A DNA stretch of 64,000 bases from Hypanus sabinus (lineage: Eukaryota): the NCBI RefSeq assembly GCF_030144855.1, contig NC_082731.1, forward strand, positions 21,390,001 to 21,454,000. Direction: 5' to 3'. Below the pieces are notes generated by a model, which was given only the letters and a program-made list of their open reading frames with translations, ran no database searches and was not told where the DNA came from. A program made the translations under genes and the position numbers. Every line of letters begins with the position of its first letter. The first letter of the stretch is position 1. Positions 37,000 through 50,039 of this stretch are shown here, one piece after another.

Positions 37000-37110
37000 C
37001 AACCAATCAATTCAATCGTGGGCATATAAGATGAAACCTGACGTATCTTACTTCTTCCGTACAGTAGTTTGAACTGCATACAAGAATGGAAGAATCGGAA
37101 GTGACATCGT
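37000..37110 (-). promoter_or_regulatory. Putative V4 promoter block
   Basis: ccaat 37003, tgacgta 37039-37045, cttccg 37054, cggaagtgacatcg 37096-37109. Confidence 0.55.
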
Positions 37111-37659
37111 AGAGTCACATTAAATAAACACAAGCGTTTGGTATGCTCCCTTCGATGACAGTCGAAAAACCGAAGGGGCTTTCACTAATTGAGGTACCGC
37201 AAAATTACGAGTTGTTTAAGGAAAAGCACAGCACATATTCAAGCACGATAACGATCAAGCCTCACTTGCCATCGACTCAGTAGGCATTTCGTAAAGAAAT
37301 TCGAATTTGCGCCGAACCTCATCTCACCCAACATTATTTTCCTGTGTTGTTGATACACCCACTCCTTTCGCCAATTTGTGCACCTGAAATACAATAAGTC
37401 AACGGGTTTTTATCACCCTTTTTGTCTGCAAGTTAGAAAAATATGCCACTACTTTTATATTATAGAAACACTTATCAATCATTTCTCCTTTGAGCATGCA
37501 TTCATTCAACTTAAGTCTAACCCCTGTTGTTTTGAGACAAGGATGGAAAACTTCATTTACTGGACTAGATATATCCAGGCCCATCACTTCGACCCTCTGC
37601 AAAGTTGTCCCATTCTTGCCTCAATTGGCATACCAGAATCGCAAACAAAATTATGTCTA

Positions 37660-39220
37660 ACACTAAATAAAATAAGACCGAAAGATATAGGAGCAGTAGG
37701 AGGTCATTCGGCCTATACTGTCTGCATGGGCACTCAGTCCTGGCTGATCAAATTCATGCAAGTCATCCCAATTCTCGAGCATTCTCCGCATAGTCTTGAA
37801 ATACACTTTCTAATCAGGAAACTGTTTCCCTCTGTCTCAAATGCACCCAATGACTTATCTTAAATAGCTGCTCGTGGCAAAAAAAAAGAAAAAAAGAAAA
37901 CAAACAGACAAGCCACAGATTTGTCACTTTCTGACTAAAGTGTTTTTCCCTCATCTCCGTTCTAACTGGACGTGCTTCGATCCTGTCCTGTTTTCCAAGT
38001 CGTGCCCTATTGTCCAAAACTTCCCTACAATGGGAAATAACTTTGCCATATCTAATATGTTTGGTGCTTTCAACATTCGGAATGTTTCTAAAGGATCCCC
38101 TCTAATTCTCCTGAATTCAGGGGAATAGATCCCCGAGAGCTGCCAGACCTTCCACTTACGTTAACCCTTTAACTCCTAGAATTATTCTCGTGAATCTTCT
38201 CTGAAGGTCAGTATATGCTTTCAAACATAAGAAGGAGCCTAAATCTGCACACATTATTCCAAGTGAGTGCCTTAAAGAACCTCAAAATCACATCCCTGCT
38301 CTTATAATCTATACCTCAAGAAATGAATGTCAAAATTGTTTTTGCCTTCTTCACCACCGACTCAACCTAACGGATAACCTTTAGTGTATACTGCACAAGA
38401 ATTATCAAGTCCTGTGGTATCACTGCGTTTTGAATTCTACCTCCATCTAAATAATAGACTGCCCGTAATTTTCTTCGACCGAAGTGCATGACCATGCACT
38501 TTCCAACATTCTATAACATTTTTCACTTCTTTGCCATTTCCCCTACATTATTTCACTCTTACTGCAGACCCTGTTACCGGCTTTTCCACGTATCTTCGGA
38601 TCATCGGCAAACTTCGCCAGAAATCCATTAATCCCATAGTTTAAATCAATGATATACATCCCAGAAAAGCAGTGGTCCCAGCAGCGAACCCTGGGGAACT
38701 ACTGTGGTAATCGCCAGTCAGCCAGTAAAGATCCCTTTAATCCCATTACCTGATTTCTGCCGATCAACAAATGCTCCATCCATGCTAGAAACTTCCCTGT
38801 AATTCCATGGCTCTTAACCTTGCTAAGCAGCCTCCTATGAGCACCTTGGGAGACACCTTCTGAAAATCCAAAAAACGCCGCTGGCACTGCATCTAAATTT
38901 TTCTACCCTGTTTATAATTTTAACAAAAAAAAAAGCAGCAGGTTCCTTAGGCAGGATTTCCCTGTCAGAAAACCATGCTAGTATTGGCATACCTTGTCAT
39001 GTGCCTCCAGTTATTCAGTCATCGGATCACTAACTATCGACTACAACAACTTTCCAACGAGGCTAGCTGGTCTATCGTTTCCTTTCTGCTGCTTCCTCCC
39101 CTTCTTAAATAGCAGAGTAACATTTGTCATTTTCCAGTCATCCTATACTTGCCAGAATCTATTGATAATTGATAAATCGTTGGTCTGTCTTCGCTAACGC
39201 TCCAGCTACGGAATCTGTCC
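37660..39220 (-). mobile_element. CR1 RT-to-3' fragment inserted in cassette unit 2
   Basis: FSEGVSQGAHRRLLSKVKSHGITGKFLAWMEH...SGVPQGS-like, KFADDPK and CR1 3' tail on the minus strand. Confidence 0.8.
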
Positions 39221-42200
39221 AGAATGCCCTGTTAGCCCTTAAGTTTAAAAGTTGTAGATACTGCTGTAGCAGATAATCAGGCAATAAATAATTACAATAT
39301 GTGTAACTACATACGGGCAAAAGAAGAAAACAACACGTGCAATTTAAAAGTAAATAATGGGGGCGAATACAAGTTATTATTAAAGAGAGTCTGTCAGTTA
39401 TACAATCAGTTCTGGAATGAGGTGAATAAACTTCTGCACACCCGCTCAGGAGCCACATTGTTACCAAGTAATAACCTTTCATGTGTGTGGGACCAATGAC
39501 TCCACTGTGACATAATCGATAATCCTGCATGGACATGACACCGTCTATCCAGGAGTGCGCTTTCTTCTTGCATGTCCATGTAAACAGAGTTGGAGTAAAA
39601 TGATATCTGTCGTTCCGACGCACAATTTATTTCTACGAAGTACTCTATTTGAAGGAACAAAGTGCTGTCTCGATTTAATTAGAAACCTTGGACCAATTTC
39701 CTGGTTAAATTATTGAGTTTCTTGTTCAAGGAGTCGTCTCTCTTCACTCTGTACAGTTCTTCGTGGAAATCCCCACATTCAATGACCGCATATCGCAGGA
39801 CAGGCCTTCATATACGGACATACCATATATTCCACCTTTCACGCAATATCTGTCCATGTTATCGTCGTACAATTAACAATGGATTTGAAGTGTTTATATT
39901 ACTTCAATATTGGCCAGTCATGATATTCAGCAACATTATAGAAGCATAAATCTTACTTTCATTAAACTGGGGACACCTCTTTTTAGCTGTGTTCAGTCAC
40001 TCCTCCAGTTACTCATCGCTCAACCTCCATTTAACAAAACTTTTTTTTTTAATATTCCAGTTCTGAAACATATTGTGCTGTGGTATTCATCTTACACCAT
40101 TTCCTGTTACGTTGTGTCCGGTCACACTTTGGTTGCAGGTCGCTCAGCTGGTGTTTGTTATACATCTGCCCTATTGTGTTTAAAACGTCTGTTCATTTCT
40201 CCGAAGAGCCCTTTACCAATACAAACCGCATCTGATGGCACTCAAAATAATTGCGCTCCATAAGCATGCGCTGCAGTAAAAGCATTGCTCAGTATATTGA
40301 ACTGCGAGTTAATATCCATATTCTTCCGTTACCAGTGTACTCAGATACTTGTCACTGCTGAGAGCGGACTCAATGACCTGCAAGTTTAGCTTGCTATGGC
40401 CCAATGTACCGTCTTTGCAGATAGATTGGAACAAAGGAAAAGATAGGGAATAGCAAAAAATGGTAAAAAATGGCAGAAACAAAAGCTTAAACTGGGGGCA
40501 TTTCCACACAATAGCATATACGGAACAACGTGTGGCCCTCCCACAGAAAATGATGATGCAGTGTTATCCTGTGTGGAAGTTCATCAATCTGATTTTCGAA
40601 AACTGTCGCCGTTGAGACAAGTTAATTTAGAAGCTGCTACAGTTTTCCCATCTGCTGTCCATTTTCAAATATCTTGGGTATATAAATCGGCACGTGGAAG
40701 ACTCATAATCTATTCTTCCTTTTTTTTAAGGCAAACATTCCCAGATTTCAAAGTGAACTGAGCATTTGGGAAACAATTCTCGCATTTTCATAGTTTTTGT
40801 GTTTTTTGTATGTGCAGTTACTGATCAGGAGCTGGTGCGTTTTTATCACACTACATCACATAATTTTAAGTTCTGAATGCCGATGTGTGGCGGGTAATTC
40901 TGTTATACACTCCTGTGAATGGCAATTGAACTGATGGGTCAGATATCTATGAAGACTCCTTCCGATATCAAAAAACCTTCCACTATTTCGATCTTTTTGA
41001 CGACTGAAAAAAAAAACACGGTGGATTGAAAATTATCTGTCCTCCGTGCTTTTTCATTCACTATTTTGGGAGATGACTGGGGATAGTCTATCTCAGCAAA
41101 CATCATCCGAAATGTAGCAGTCTTAAGGGACATGAGCCCTGGTGGAGCGACTGTTTTGAGGGTTTGAATTTCCCTGTAAACAGTTTAAATACTTGCAATT
41201 TTCAGACTCATAAAACGAATTTCCCTTTTGACAGAATGTTGATGTCGGTCATATGTTGAGTCCAGCGACCAATTGCGCGGTAGAAGGAAGGTGTGAGCAG
41301 GAATAGCATCTTGGGATAACTGAGACTGCGTCAAATTGTGTATTGAGGCTGGGAATGTTTTAGAGGTTGAACGATGTAATAGAATAGACCAGCTTGCTGT
41401 TGTTGTTTTTTTTTAGTTTAATTTTAATTGTGTTTAGTTTAGGTTATTATATTTTTGTTGTTTTTTTATTTGTTTTTTCCCATCTTTACTTTTTATTGCT
41501 ATGCTGATTATATCCAAGGTTTGGAAGGTCTACTATATGCTGTCTGTTACCTATAGTTTTTACTCATGTGTTAACTTCCAACAATGTAATCTCACTGCCT
41601 TTGTACAATTATGACTGTCATGTATCTGTTAATGAAAAAAAATCAATAAAAAGAATGAAAAACAAAGAAAGAAGCTGAATGAAACTAATGGTGCATGAAG
41701 TTCCTGGCACGATCAACGGTATGCATAGACAGGTGTCATTGCTATGTGGTGCCGTACATCTGCCGCCCCAGTGCATTGAATAAATATCTTGTCTATGCTG
41801 ATCGGTAATAGGGCTGTTATGTAGTACAGATGTGTTGAATGATAATCTTTCTCAGCATGGTACGGTCAGAGCGTCTCGCGAACTGATGCTGTGCATTACA
41901 TGCTCAGAAAGGAAGTAGACACTTGAACCGTTACTACTTAAGATTGCACCAACTAGATTCCTGATGGGTTGGTGAACTTTGAACAGCTGAATTGGTCATA
42001 CATGAGAGTCTGTGTAAAAGATTAAGTCGGAGACGCGTTCATTGACTGTTATACTTCAGGTTGCGGCTTTCGGCGTTATGGGTCAGAGGGATGCTCGTGG
42101 ACTACTATAATATACTGGCAGATGACTATTCGGTTCATAGTACTGGATATTTTACTCTTGTCTTTCATGTATAATTTAGTCCTGAGTTCATTAGAGCCAA

Positions 42201-42959
42201 AATATTTTGACGGTTGCATTATCTCGTCGGTAGCTTTCGAGGTGTGGATGGCCCTCTGGAGGTCTGCATTATTCTGAGATTGAAAAACACTTATGTGAAG
42301 AACGGTTATTTATAAGATACAATTGTTTTTGTTTTTATTTGGTAGCTGCCTCGTGTCCAGTTTCAGATATCTTGGGAATGTAATACGGCCTGTGGAATGG
42401 TCTACCACTGTTCTTCCTATTGTACAAGACAATGATGCATACGATGATCAGTGAATTATACAGTGCGAGCTCTTACATCTGAGTATGCCTTTTAGAAATA
42501 TTCGTATATTTGTCGAACATTCAGCTATGCAGTGGTGGCATCTTGGGGAGAATGAATGCTTGATCAAATATTTATTTGTAAATAAATTACCAAGAAACAT
42601 ATTGGAACACAGTGTAACCTATTTCTCAATTACCAGACCAGTGAACCTGATTTAAGATTACAGATACATCCAACTACTACAGCAGAGAAAATCTCGTTTA
42701 GAAAGTAGGTAAAACCAAAATGTTTGAGTGTCTTTTCTTTTGCTGCTGTGAATAACTGTTTTGGAAATACTTTGCAAAATGCGCACGGCAGCAGATTCAA
42801 AAGTAACCTGTTGAAACAATATAGATTGTTATATTGAAAGCTTAACAATAATGACCAAAATGGATAGTAAAAGGTCTAGGAAAAATTGCCAAATGAGCGT
42901 AGATTCGCAGCGGCACAGGAAGTTTCACTTACAACAAATTGACTCTATGAAGTTCATCT

Positions 42960-42998
42960 AGTTTTTATACCACCACTGATTAGGTCTATCCCTTTGAG
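42960..42998 (-). other. Decayed 23-RSS of V5
   Basis: CTCAAAG (42998-42992) + 23 nt + ATAAAAACT (42968-42960). Confidence 0.8.
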
Positions 42999-43843
42999 GG
43001 TTTCATGGCATAGAAATTAATGGCTGCGACTGCTAGCGGTAATTCAGACACAATCAGTAGGAATCATCCAACTGCGACGTGAACGTTGCCCTAGAATTTC
43101 CTTATCGTCATATTTCGACTGGAGCAATAAGAGTACCGGAGATCCACCGAAATACTGACGATACCATAATAATGCAAAATTGCCAGTGATTGTGGTAGTA
43201 TAGTTACCGCTCAACAGAGCATCACTCCCATCAATCACTGTCAACGTAGCGAGTGTCGGAGAAACGGCATCGCCACGACCACGACCTGAAAGTTTCCGAA
43301 ATAGATTTCACACCAAAAATTCCTCGCTGCTGAGCAACCTACTATCTCTTCTACTGTCCTGATTTGCGGGTGGGGAGACTTCAGATATAAATATCCATAA
43401 CACAGAGAATTGTGGGGATATTATGTAGCGGGGCATGTGGAATTGAATTCAATTATTAAAAGTAAAGGTAAGAAAAAAAAAGTAAAACTTAACATTAAAA
43501 AAAATCCGTCCAACCTCCTTTATTAGCGTGTGCAGTTCTCCATTACTTTCCAAATGAAAAAAAAAGACATGATATTTCACCGTCAAAATCAGCAATGAAG
43601 TTAACCATACTCACCTTTTAAACTGCCATGAAACATTATAATGTCAGTTGGAGAATATCTTTGCCGCACACCTTTCGCCCTCCCCTGATTGTTTACCTGC
43701 TGTTGTCAATATTGGTTTTCGTGTATTGAGTGATGCATTAAGCTGTTTTGCACAGATGAAAACAGCTATGTTTCAAACGCCAAAAACTTACGGTTCAGGA
43801 ATAATGCTGCAATTAGAAAGAAATATAAAATATGAAATAACAT
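42999..43843 (-). pseudogene. V5: TCR alpha/delta V pseudogene, multiply disabled (leader 43843-43792, V exon 43285-42999)
   Basis: Leader MLFHILYFFLIAALFLN; exon RGRGDAVSPTLATLTVIDGSDALLSGNYTTTITGNFALLWYRQYFGGSP. Cys23 is Gly (ggt), FR3 has a frameshift and deletion, and Cys104 is Tyr (aat ttc tat gcc). Confidence 0.9.
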
Positions 43844-44054
43844 GCCTGCAGTCTGCTGACATTGAATTTCAACCGAAATAATATTTTCGATAGGGAAGTG
43901 TTGATTTGAAATTCGGAGGGATTGTGATGTTTCTTTTTACGCTTGTTATATTATTGACCACTAAGTACTGAAGTCTTTGCTTCTCCAGTACCTCTTAAAT
44001 CTATTTTTTGCCTTAATCCGTCCAACTCCAAACGACTTCGTTGTTCCTCAGCAC

Positions 44055-44170
44055 AACCAATCAATTCATTGCTGGAAGATGAGACGAGACCTGACGTATA
44101 TTACTTCCATCGTGTAAAATTAAACTGCGTGTAAGGAACTCTGACAACGATGGAAGAACCGGAAATGACA
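44055..44170 (-). promoter_or_regulatory. Putative V5 promoter block
   Basis: ccaat 44057, tgacgta 44092-44098, acttcc 44103, ccggaaatgaca 44159-44170. Confidence 0.5.
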
Positions 44171-45539
44171 AAGTGGAATCTCCTAGAAAATGATGTAGCT
44201 GGAATGTTCCAAAGCAGTTCAGTCTGAAAATAGGACGTCTATTCTCTCAATGAGAAACCGAACATTTGTAAATACGTTAGGGAGAAATACAGCACATAAA
44301 TTTCTACATATGTCCATTTCATTCTACGTTGACGTCGACTTCCCGTTCATGCTACTCAAGCAGGATAGCGATAAAGCGTCACTTGTCATTGAATCAATTG
44401 GTAATTCGGCTAGGAAAACCGAATTTCCGCTGAACCCATCTGTCCGAATATCAGCTTTCTACTTTGTAAATAGACGCACTTTTCTTCGTCAGCTTATGCA
44501 TCTGAAATTCCATGATTTCTTGTGTTTACATCACCCTGTTTGCCAGCAGGTTGCATATGTCAACAATTTGCTTTTTTTTATTCAGATAATTTCTCCGTTT
44601 CTTATGCATTCCTACATCTTAAACCTTCTTTCTTTGCGGTTTATGACAAAGATCGTATAAAGTATTTATGGACTATGTACACTATCGCCACAATTGACAT
44701 ACAGGTGCCAAAAATAAATTATCTCTGAAATTATATTATTACAATATACGTCAGTATATATTGCCACAAAACTAAAATGAAAAAAAAAAGTGCCTTTGCC
44801 ATGGAGCTGCACATAAGGCAGCAAAAGAAAGAAGAATCCAGGAAATTCAAGTGAGGATATAAACATGGCTAGACGTGCTGAATGGCAGGAGTAAAAAGGT
44901 GGAATACAAGTGACCTTTTCTGTATGGCTGCGTAGGAATACCGGTGATTCATAAGCGTCGGTGTTGGGACTGATGTTTTATTTTTTTTTTTACCATGTTG
45001 TATAACAATGAGCCGGATAACGGAATTTTAGAACTACACAAGGACTGATGGAAAGACAGTTCATGCTCTGGATGCAGGAACCTGCCGAAAAAGTAAAACA
45101 AATTAGGAGTATAGGCAGCGAGATATATAAAAGAAAACAGTTTATATGGGTTTTTATTCGTGCATATCTGGAGGTAGAAGAAAGGTGCAGAGTACTTTAG
45201 TACTAGGGAGAAGACTTGAAGTCTTCGTAAGTGTCTTCATAAATGTTATCTTGAAGGCAGTATCTGTATATAAGGCAGGGAAATGCTATGTTCGTATCCC
45301 GCAGGAACACTGCGGAAAGTAGAACGTTTAGAATTTATGAGCTATTCGCAAAACTGCACTTAAGATACTGTGAGCAAGTTTACGCCTTTTTCTAGGTAGG
45401 AATATGCTGGAAAAATTTAAAGGCCGGAGGTCCATCAGTGGAATATTCTCGGGAATGAACAGCTCAATATCTGAAGCGCGTTTTAATGTTCCGGGCATAT
45501 GACGCAATAAATTCGAGATCGATCTCATTGAAACATTGA

Positions 45540-46030
45540 TGTGAGGCGTTTGGCTGCTGCAGCAAGAGGTCAGCTCTTCCAACTGTCTTCCGTGTTTCCA
45601 ACATGCCATTTGGCAAATACTAGACGAAATTGCAAACAGGATTTTATTTTTCATTCAACAGTGGTTTTCTCTTTGCCCTTGAAGGTGCGACTGGTGAAGA
45701 TCCCATTTTAGCCGCTTTAGCAAGTAAGTCTTCCAGAATCATCATAGATCTCGAAGTCCCCTTTGGAATTTATCCCCTTCATAACTTAGATTCTTCAGTC
45801 CGTCGTGTTGTTGGAAAATGTACAGCTGTGCCATATTCTTCCCGGTTCCTGATTATTGATTTAACGGTATTATAAGGGATCTCCAGTGCCTTGAAAAATC
45901 TTCTTGTATCCGCTTCCTGGCGTGCTTCACAATAACCATTTGCCAGAGTTGCTTGGGGGTGTATTCTTGTGTTCGTTGTGTGCATTTTGCCAGGTACTCA
46001 TTTACCGGCAGTTGACACTTGAAGTACAGA
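45540..46030 (-). mobile_element. Tc1/mariner transposase remnant
   Basis: FKALEIPYNTVKSIIRNREEYGTAVHFP...R (helix-turn-helix region) and SRLVFAKWHVGNTEDSWK. Confidence 0.75.
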
Positions 46031-46059
46031 ATTATTTTCATTACTATCAATTGAACTAT

Positions 46060-47560
46060 AGAACCAGAGAACATAGAACTTTTCAGCAGAGAAACAGACC
46101 TTTTGGCCGTGGTTGGCTGTGCCGAACCATTTTCTGCCAAGTCATACTGACCTGCACCTGAATAATAATCCTGCATACTCCTCTCATCCTTGCACATTTC
46201 CAAGTTTCTTAAATGTTGAAAGTGAGCCCGCATTTACCATTTCATCAGGCAGTTGATTCTACACTCCCAGCACTGTCTGTGTGAAGAAGCCCCTCCCCCA
46301 ATGTTCCCTGTAAACATTTCCACCTTCATCCTTAACCCACGTCCTCTGCTTTTTTTTTATTTTTCAACCTAACCTAAGTGGATAAAGCCTGCTTACATTC
46401 ACTCTATTTACACCTATAATAATTTTATATAGCTCCATCAAATCTCCCCTCATTTTTCGACGCTCCAGGCAATAAAGTCCTAAGCTATTCAAACCTTCTC
46501 TGTAAGTCAGTTTGTCAGGTTTCGGCAACATCCTTGTAAACTTTTTCTGCACTCTTTCAAACTCATTAAAATTCTTTCTCTAATTCGGTGACCAAGAATG
46601 TACACAACACTCCAAATTCGTCCTCACCAATGCCTTATACTTCTTCAACATAACATTCCAACTCTTATATTCAATGTTTTGATTTATAAAGGACAATGTA
46701 CCAAAATCTCCCTTTAGTAACATACCTATATGTGACGCCACTTTTTATGCAATTTTGTATCTAAATTCCCTTATCCCTCTGTTCTACTGCACTCCTCAGT
46801 AAAGTGTCATTTACCTTGAATGTTCTACTCCATTTTTTTTCCCAAACAAAGTGCAATACCTCACACGTCTGAAATAAACTCAATCTGCCATTTTTCAGCC
46901 CATTTTTCCAGCTGGTCCAAATCCCTCTGTAAACTTTGAAAACATTCCTTACTGTTCATTACACCTCTAATCTATATATCATCAGCAAATTTGCTGATCC
47001 AATCTACCACTTTATCATCCAGATCATTGAGATAGATGACAAATAACAATGCACACTGCACTGATACCTGAGGCACACCACTATTCACAGGCCTGCTCTC
47101 AGAGAAGCAATCCTCCACTACCACTCTCTGACTTCTCCCACTGAGTCTACATCTAATACAATTTACCACCTCATCATGTATACCCAGTGTTTGTACCTTC
47201 CTAACTAAACTCCCATGTGCGGCATTGCCAAAGGCCGTACTGAAGTCCATGTAGACAACATCCTTTGCCTTCCCTTCATCCATTTCCATTATACCCTCCT
47301 CCAAAAACTTCAATAGATTTGTTAATCATGACCTGCCACACACAAAGCTGTGTTGACACTCTCTAATAAGCCCCTGTCTATATAAATACTTGTAGATCCT
47401 ATATCTTAGTACTCCTTCCAATAACTTACTTACAACTGAAGTGAAATTTATCGGCCTATAATTTCCAGGATTACTTTTAGAGCCATCTTAAAACAAAGGA
47501 ACAACATGAGCTAACCTCTAATCCTCCGGCACCTCACCCGTAGGTTACGACATTTTTAAA
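46060..47560 (-). mobile_element. CR1 LINE, RT domain to 3' end
   Basis: DVVYMDFSTAFG...VNSGVPQVSVQCALLFVIYLNDLDD...ISKFADD (ORF 46972..47313) and QKKFTRMLP...ERRKMRGDL. Confidence 0.9.
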
Positions 47561-47579
47561 ATTCGATTTTTAAAATCGA

Positions 47580-49190
47580 CGCAAGAGGCGGACAGTGAAG
47601 AAGTAAAGGCATCTCGGAGAGAAACTTTTTTTTAACTGATCGGGAAAAAAAGGCTAGACTGCGCAGACGCCTGACTTTGCACGCTAAAGGTTTAAAAAAA
47701 AAGCCCGCCATATACAGTGCCCATCCTCGTAGCGGCCATCGTCGGAGTGGTCTGAGTCAGAGTCAGACTTTTGTCTCAAAGTGTAGGTTTCGGTAAATGT
47801 TGTTTTGTCTGTTTAGAGTATAGAGAATGCCAGATAGGACGTTGTAATGCTCCTTTTGCAGAATATAAGAAGTCAGGGAGACCTCCGGTGTCCCTGGAAA
47901 TGACACCTGCAAAAAATTCATCCAGCTGCAGCTCCTACCTAACAAACCGCGTTAGGGATCTGGAGCAGGAACTGGTTGACCTCCAGCTCATGCGGGAGCA
48001 TGAAGAGTATATATATAGTAACTACATGGAGGCTGCTACGCCAAAGAGGAGCAGCACACGGGTAAATGGTTTACTATCAGGCGAGACAAGGGGAAAGGGC
48101 AGGCATAGCAGTGCTCCCCTGTGACCAATTACCTCAACAACAACAATACCGTGTTGGATACAGTTGTGGGGATGACATACCTGGAACAAGCTGCGGTAGC
48201 CGTATTTCTGGCACTGGGTCTAGTTCTGCAGTGAAAAAGGGATCAGGGTATAACAGGAAAGCGGTAATGATAGGGGGCTGAAAGTTAACAGTAGTTAACA
48301 GAAAGTTAACAGTCTCTGTGGTCACGACAGAGACTCCTGGATGGTTTGTTGCTTCCCGTGTGCCAGGGTCAGTGATGTCCCTGATCGCATGCACAGCATT
48401 CTAAAATCGGATGGTATGCAAACATATCTCCCGTTACACATTGGTACCAATCACGTAGGAAGAATGAGTGAGGACTTCCTGAAGATTGAGCATAGAGTGC
48501 TTAGTGGGAATTTAAAAAGCAGTACCTCCTGGGTGGTAATTTCAGGATTTCTAGCTGTGCCACGTCCAAAGAGGTTAGGAATAGGGTGCTTTGTAGGATG
48601 AACACGTGGCCGAGGAACTGCTGAATGGAGCAAGGTTTAAGATTACAGGATCATTGGGACCTCTTCCTGGGCAGGTGGGACCTGTACAGGAGAGAAGGCT
48701 TACACCTGAATTGCAGGGGGACTAATTTCCTTGCAGGATGGTTTGTTAGTGCTGTTGGGGGCATTGGGGTTTTAAACTAGATTTGCACGGGGATGGGACA
48801 AATAATGCAGAGATACTGTAGCGGGGGTGAGGATAAATGATTTTAAAGTTCCATGTAAAGTCACAACCAGAACTTTTGTGTGTAATAATCTTCTGCGGTA
48901 TGTGTATTTCAAAGCAAGGCCATTGTAGCCATTAGTGAAATTTGGCTACAGGAGGGGCTGGACTCGCAGCTTATTGTTCCTGAGTTCAGATGTTTCCGAC
49001 CTGCTGGAAGTAGAGGGATTAAGGGAGGTGGGGGGGGGGGGGTCTGTGGTAGTGCTAGTCAGGGAAAATGTTAGAGCAGTGCTCAGGCAGTACAGATTAG
49101 AGGGCTTGTCTACCGAGACCATATGGTGGAGTTGAGAAACATGAAAGGAATGACCACATTAATGGGTTGTGTTATAGACCACCCAATAGA
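47580..49190 (+). mobile_element. CR1 LINE 5' end (5' UTR, ORF1, start of endonuclease), decayed
   Basis: RVRDLEQELVDLQLMRE, MVCCFPCARVSDV...LHIGTNH...VVISGFL (ORF1 esterase) and YRPPN. Confidence 0.85.
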
Positions 49191-49789
49191 TTGCAGATTA
49201 TTTTTAATCAGATAATACAATTCTAGACTGAAATTCGGACGTTGTCCTTCCTTTCTCTAAGAACCCCCCGAACGCGTGCAATGATGCTTCCTCATCTAAT
49301 CATTACGTACTCAGTAATGTTGCTCTTTTAATTCATGAATTCTACACTTCCTCGGCAGAAAAACAGAGTTTTCGGTGAACTGTACCTTTCTTCTGTGCTT
49401 TTCCGTTTCGGCATTTGAGAAATACGGTTGTTATCAGGCAGTCTCTCTTATAAAACCATTTTGAAACAAAATACCAGAAATTAAAATGAATTATGTGTCA
49501 ACTTCAGCATGCAATTTCAAAGGCGCGTTCCAGGACCAAGAGAAATGCATCGCATTCTGCATTTTATGTCGTCACCAAAGGCATAAAGTGCATTAAAGAC
49601 GTATTCAGTCAGCAATACTTTGTTCAGGTAAACTGATATTATAACCAGGAAGGTGGAACAATGTAATGAGAAGAAAGAGAAAAAAACACACAAGAGTTAT
49701 CTGCAGATGCTAGTAATCGAGGCCACTCTTACAAAACTCTGGAATAAACTTTTTGGCAAAACAGCATATATGGAAAAAAATACAGTCCA

Positions 49790-49875
49790 CCTTTCGGGCC
49801 GAAAACTCGACTGTACTTTGTTTTCATGGATGCTGTCTGGCCTGCTCAGCTCCTCTAGCATTTTGTGTGTGTAAC
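49790..49875 (+). mobile_element. Short Penelope pseudo-LTR tail; hammerhead core lost
   Basis: cctttcgggccgaaaactcgactgtac...gatgctgtctggcctgct...gcattttgtgtg resembles the tail at 680-750, but CTGATGA is absent. Confidence 0.5.
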
Positions 49876-50039
49876 AGAGAGTGACTGTTGATTGATTTTC
49901 GTTTATTTGTTTGCATTCCCTCTCACTGGGATGCTCCTTTGTTCACATCATATCCACAAGGAACAAGGAAAAGAATCAATAATTTAAATGGCAGCGAACA
50001 GTTTTCATCCACATTTGCTGAATTTATATAAGCATGAAT

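Larger units (their letters stand above)
27390..44830. repeat. Tandem segmental triplication of a V-gene cassette (units about 27390-31440, 31440-39260, 39260-44700)
   Basis: Collinear markers: cat(c/t)tgccctatt at 27720, 32183, 40163; gcggactca at 28095, 40364; (g/a)tgca(c/t)ctgaaa at 31090, 37378, 44496. Each unit has one V with a 52-nt leader, a 480/493/506-nt intron and the same promoter block. Confidence 0.85.
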
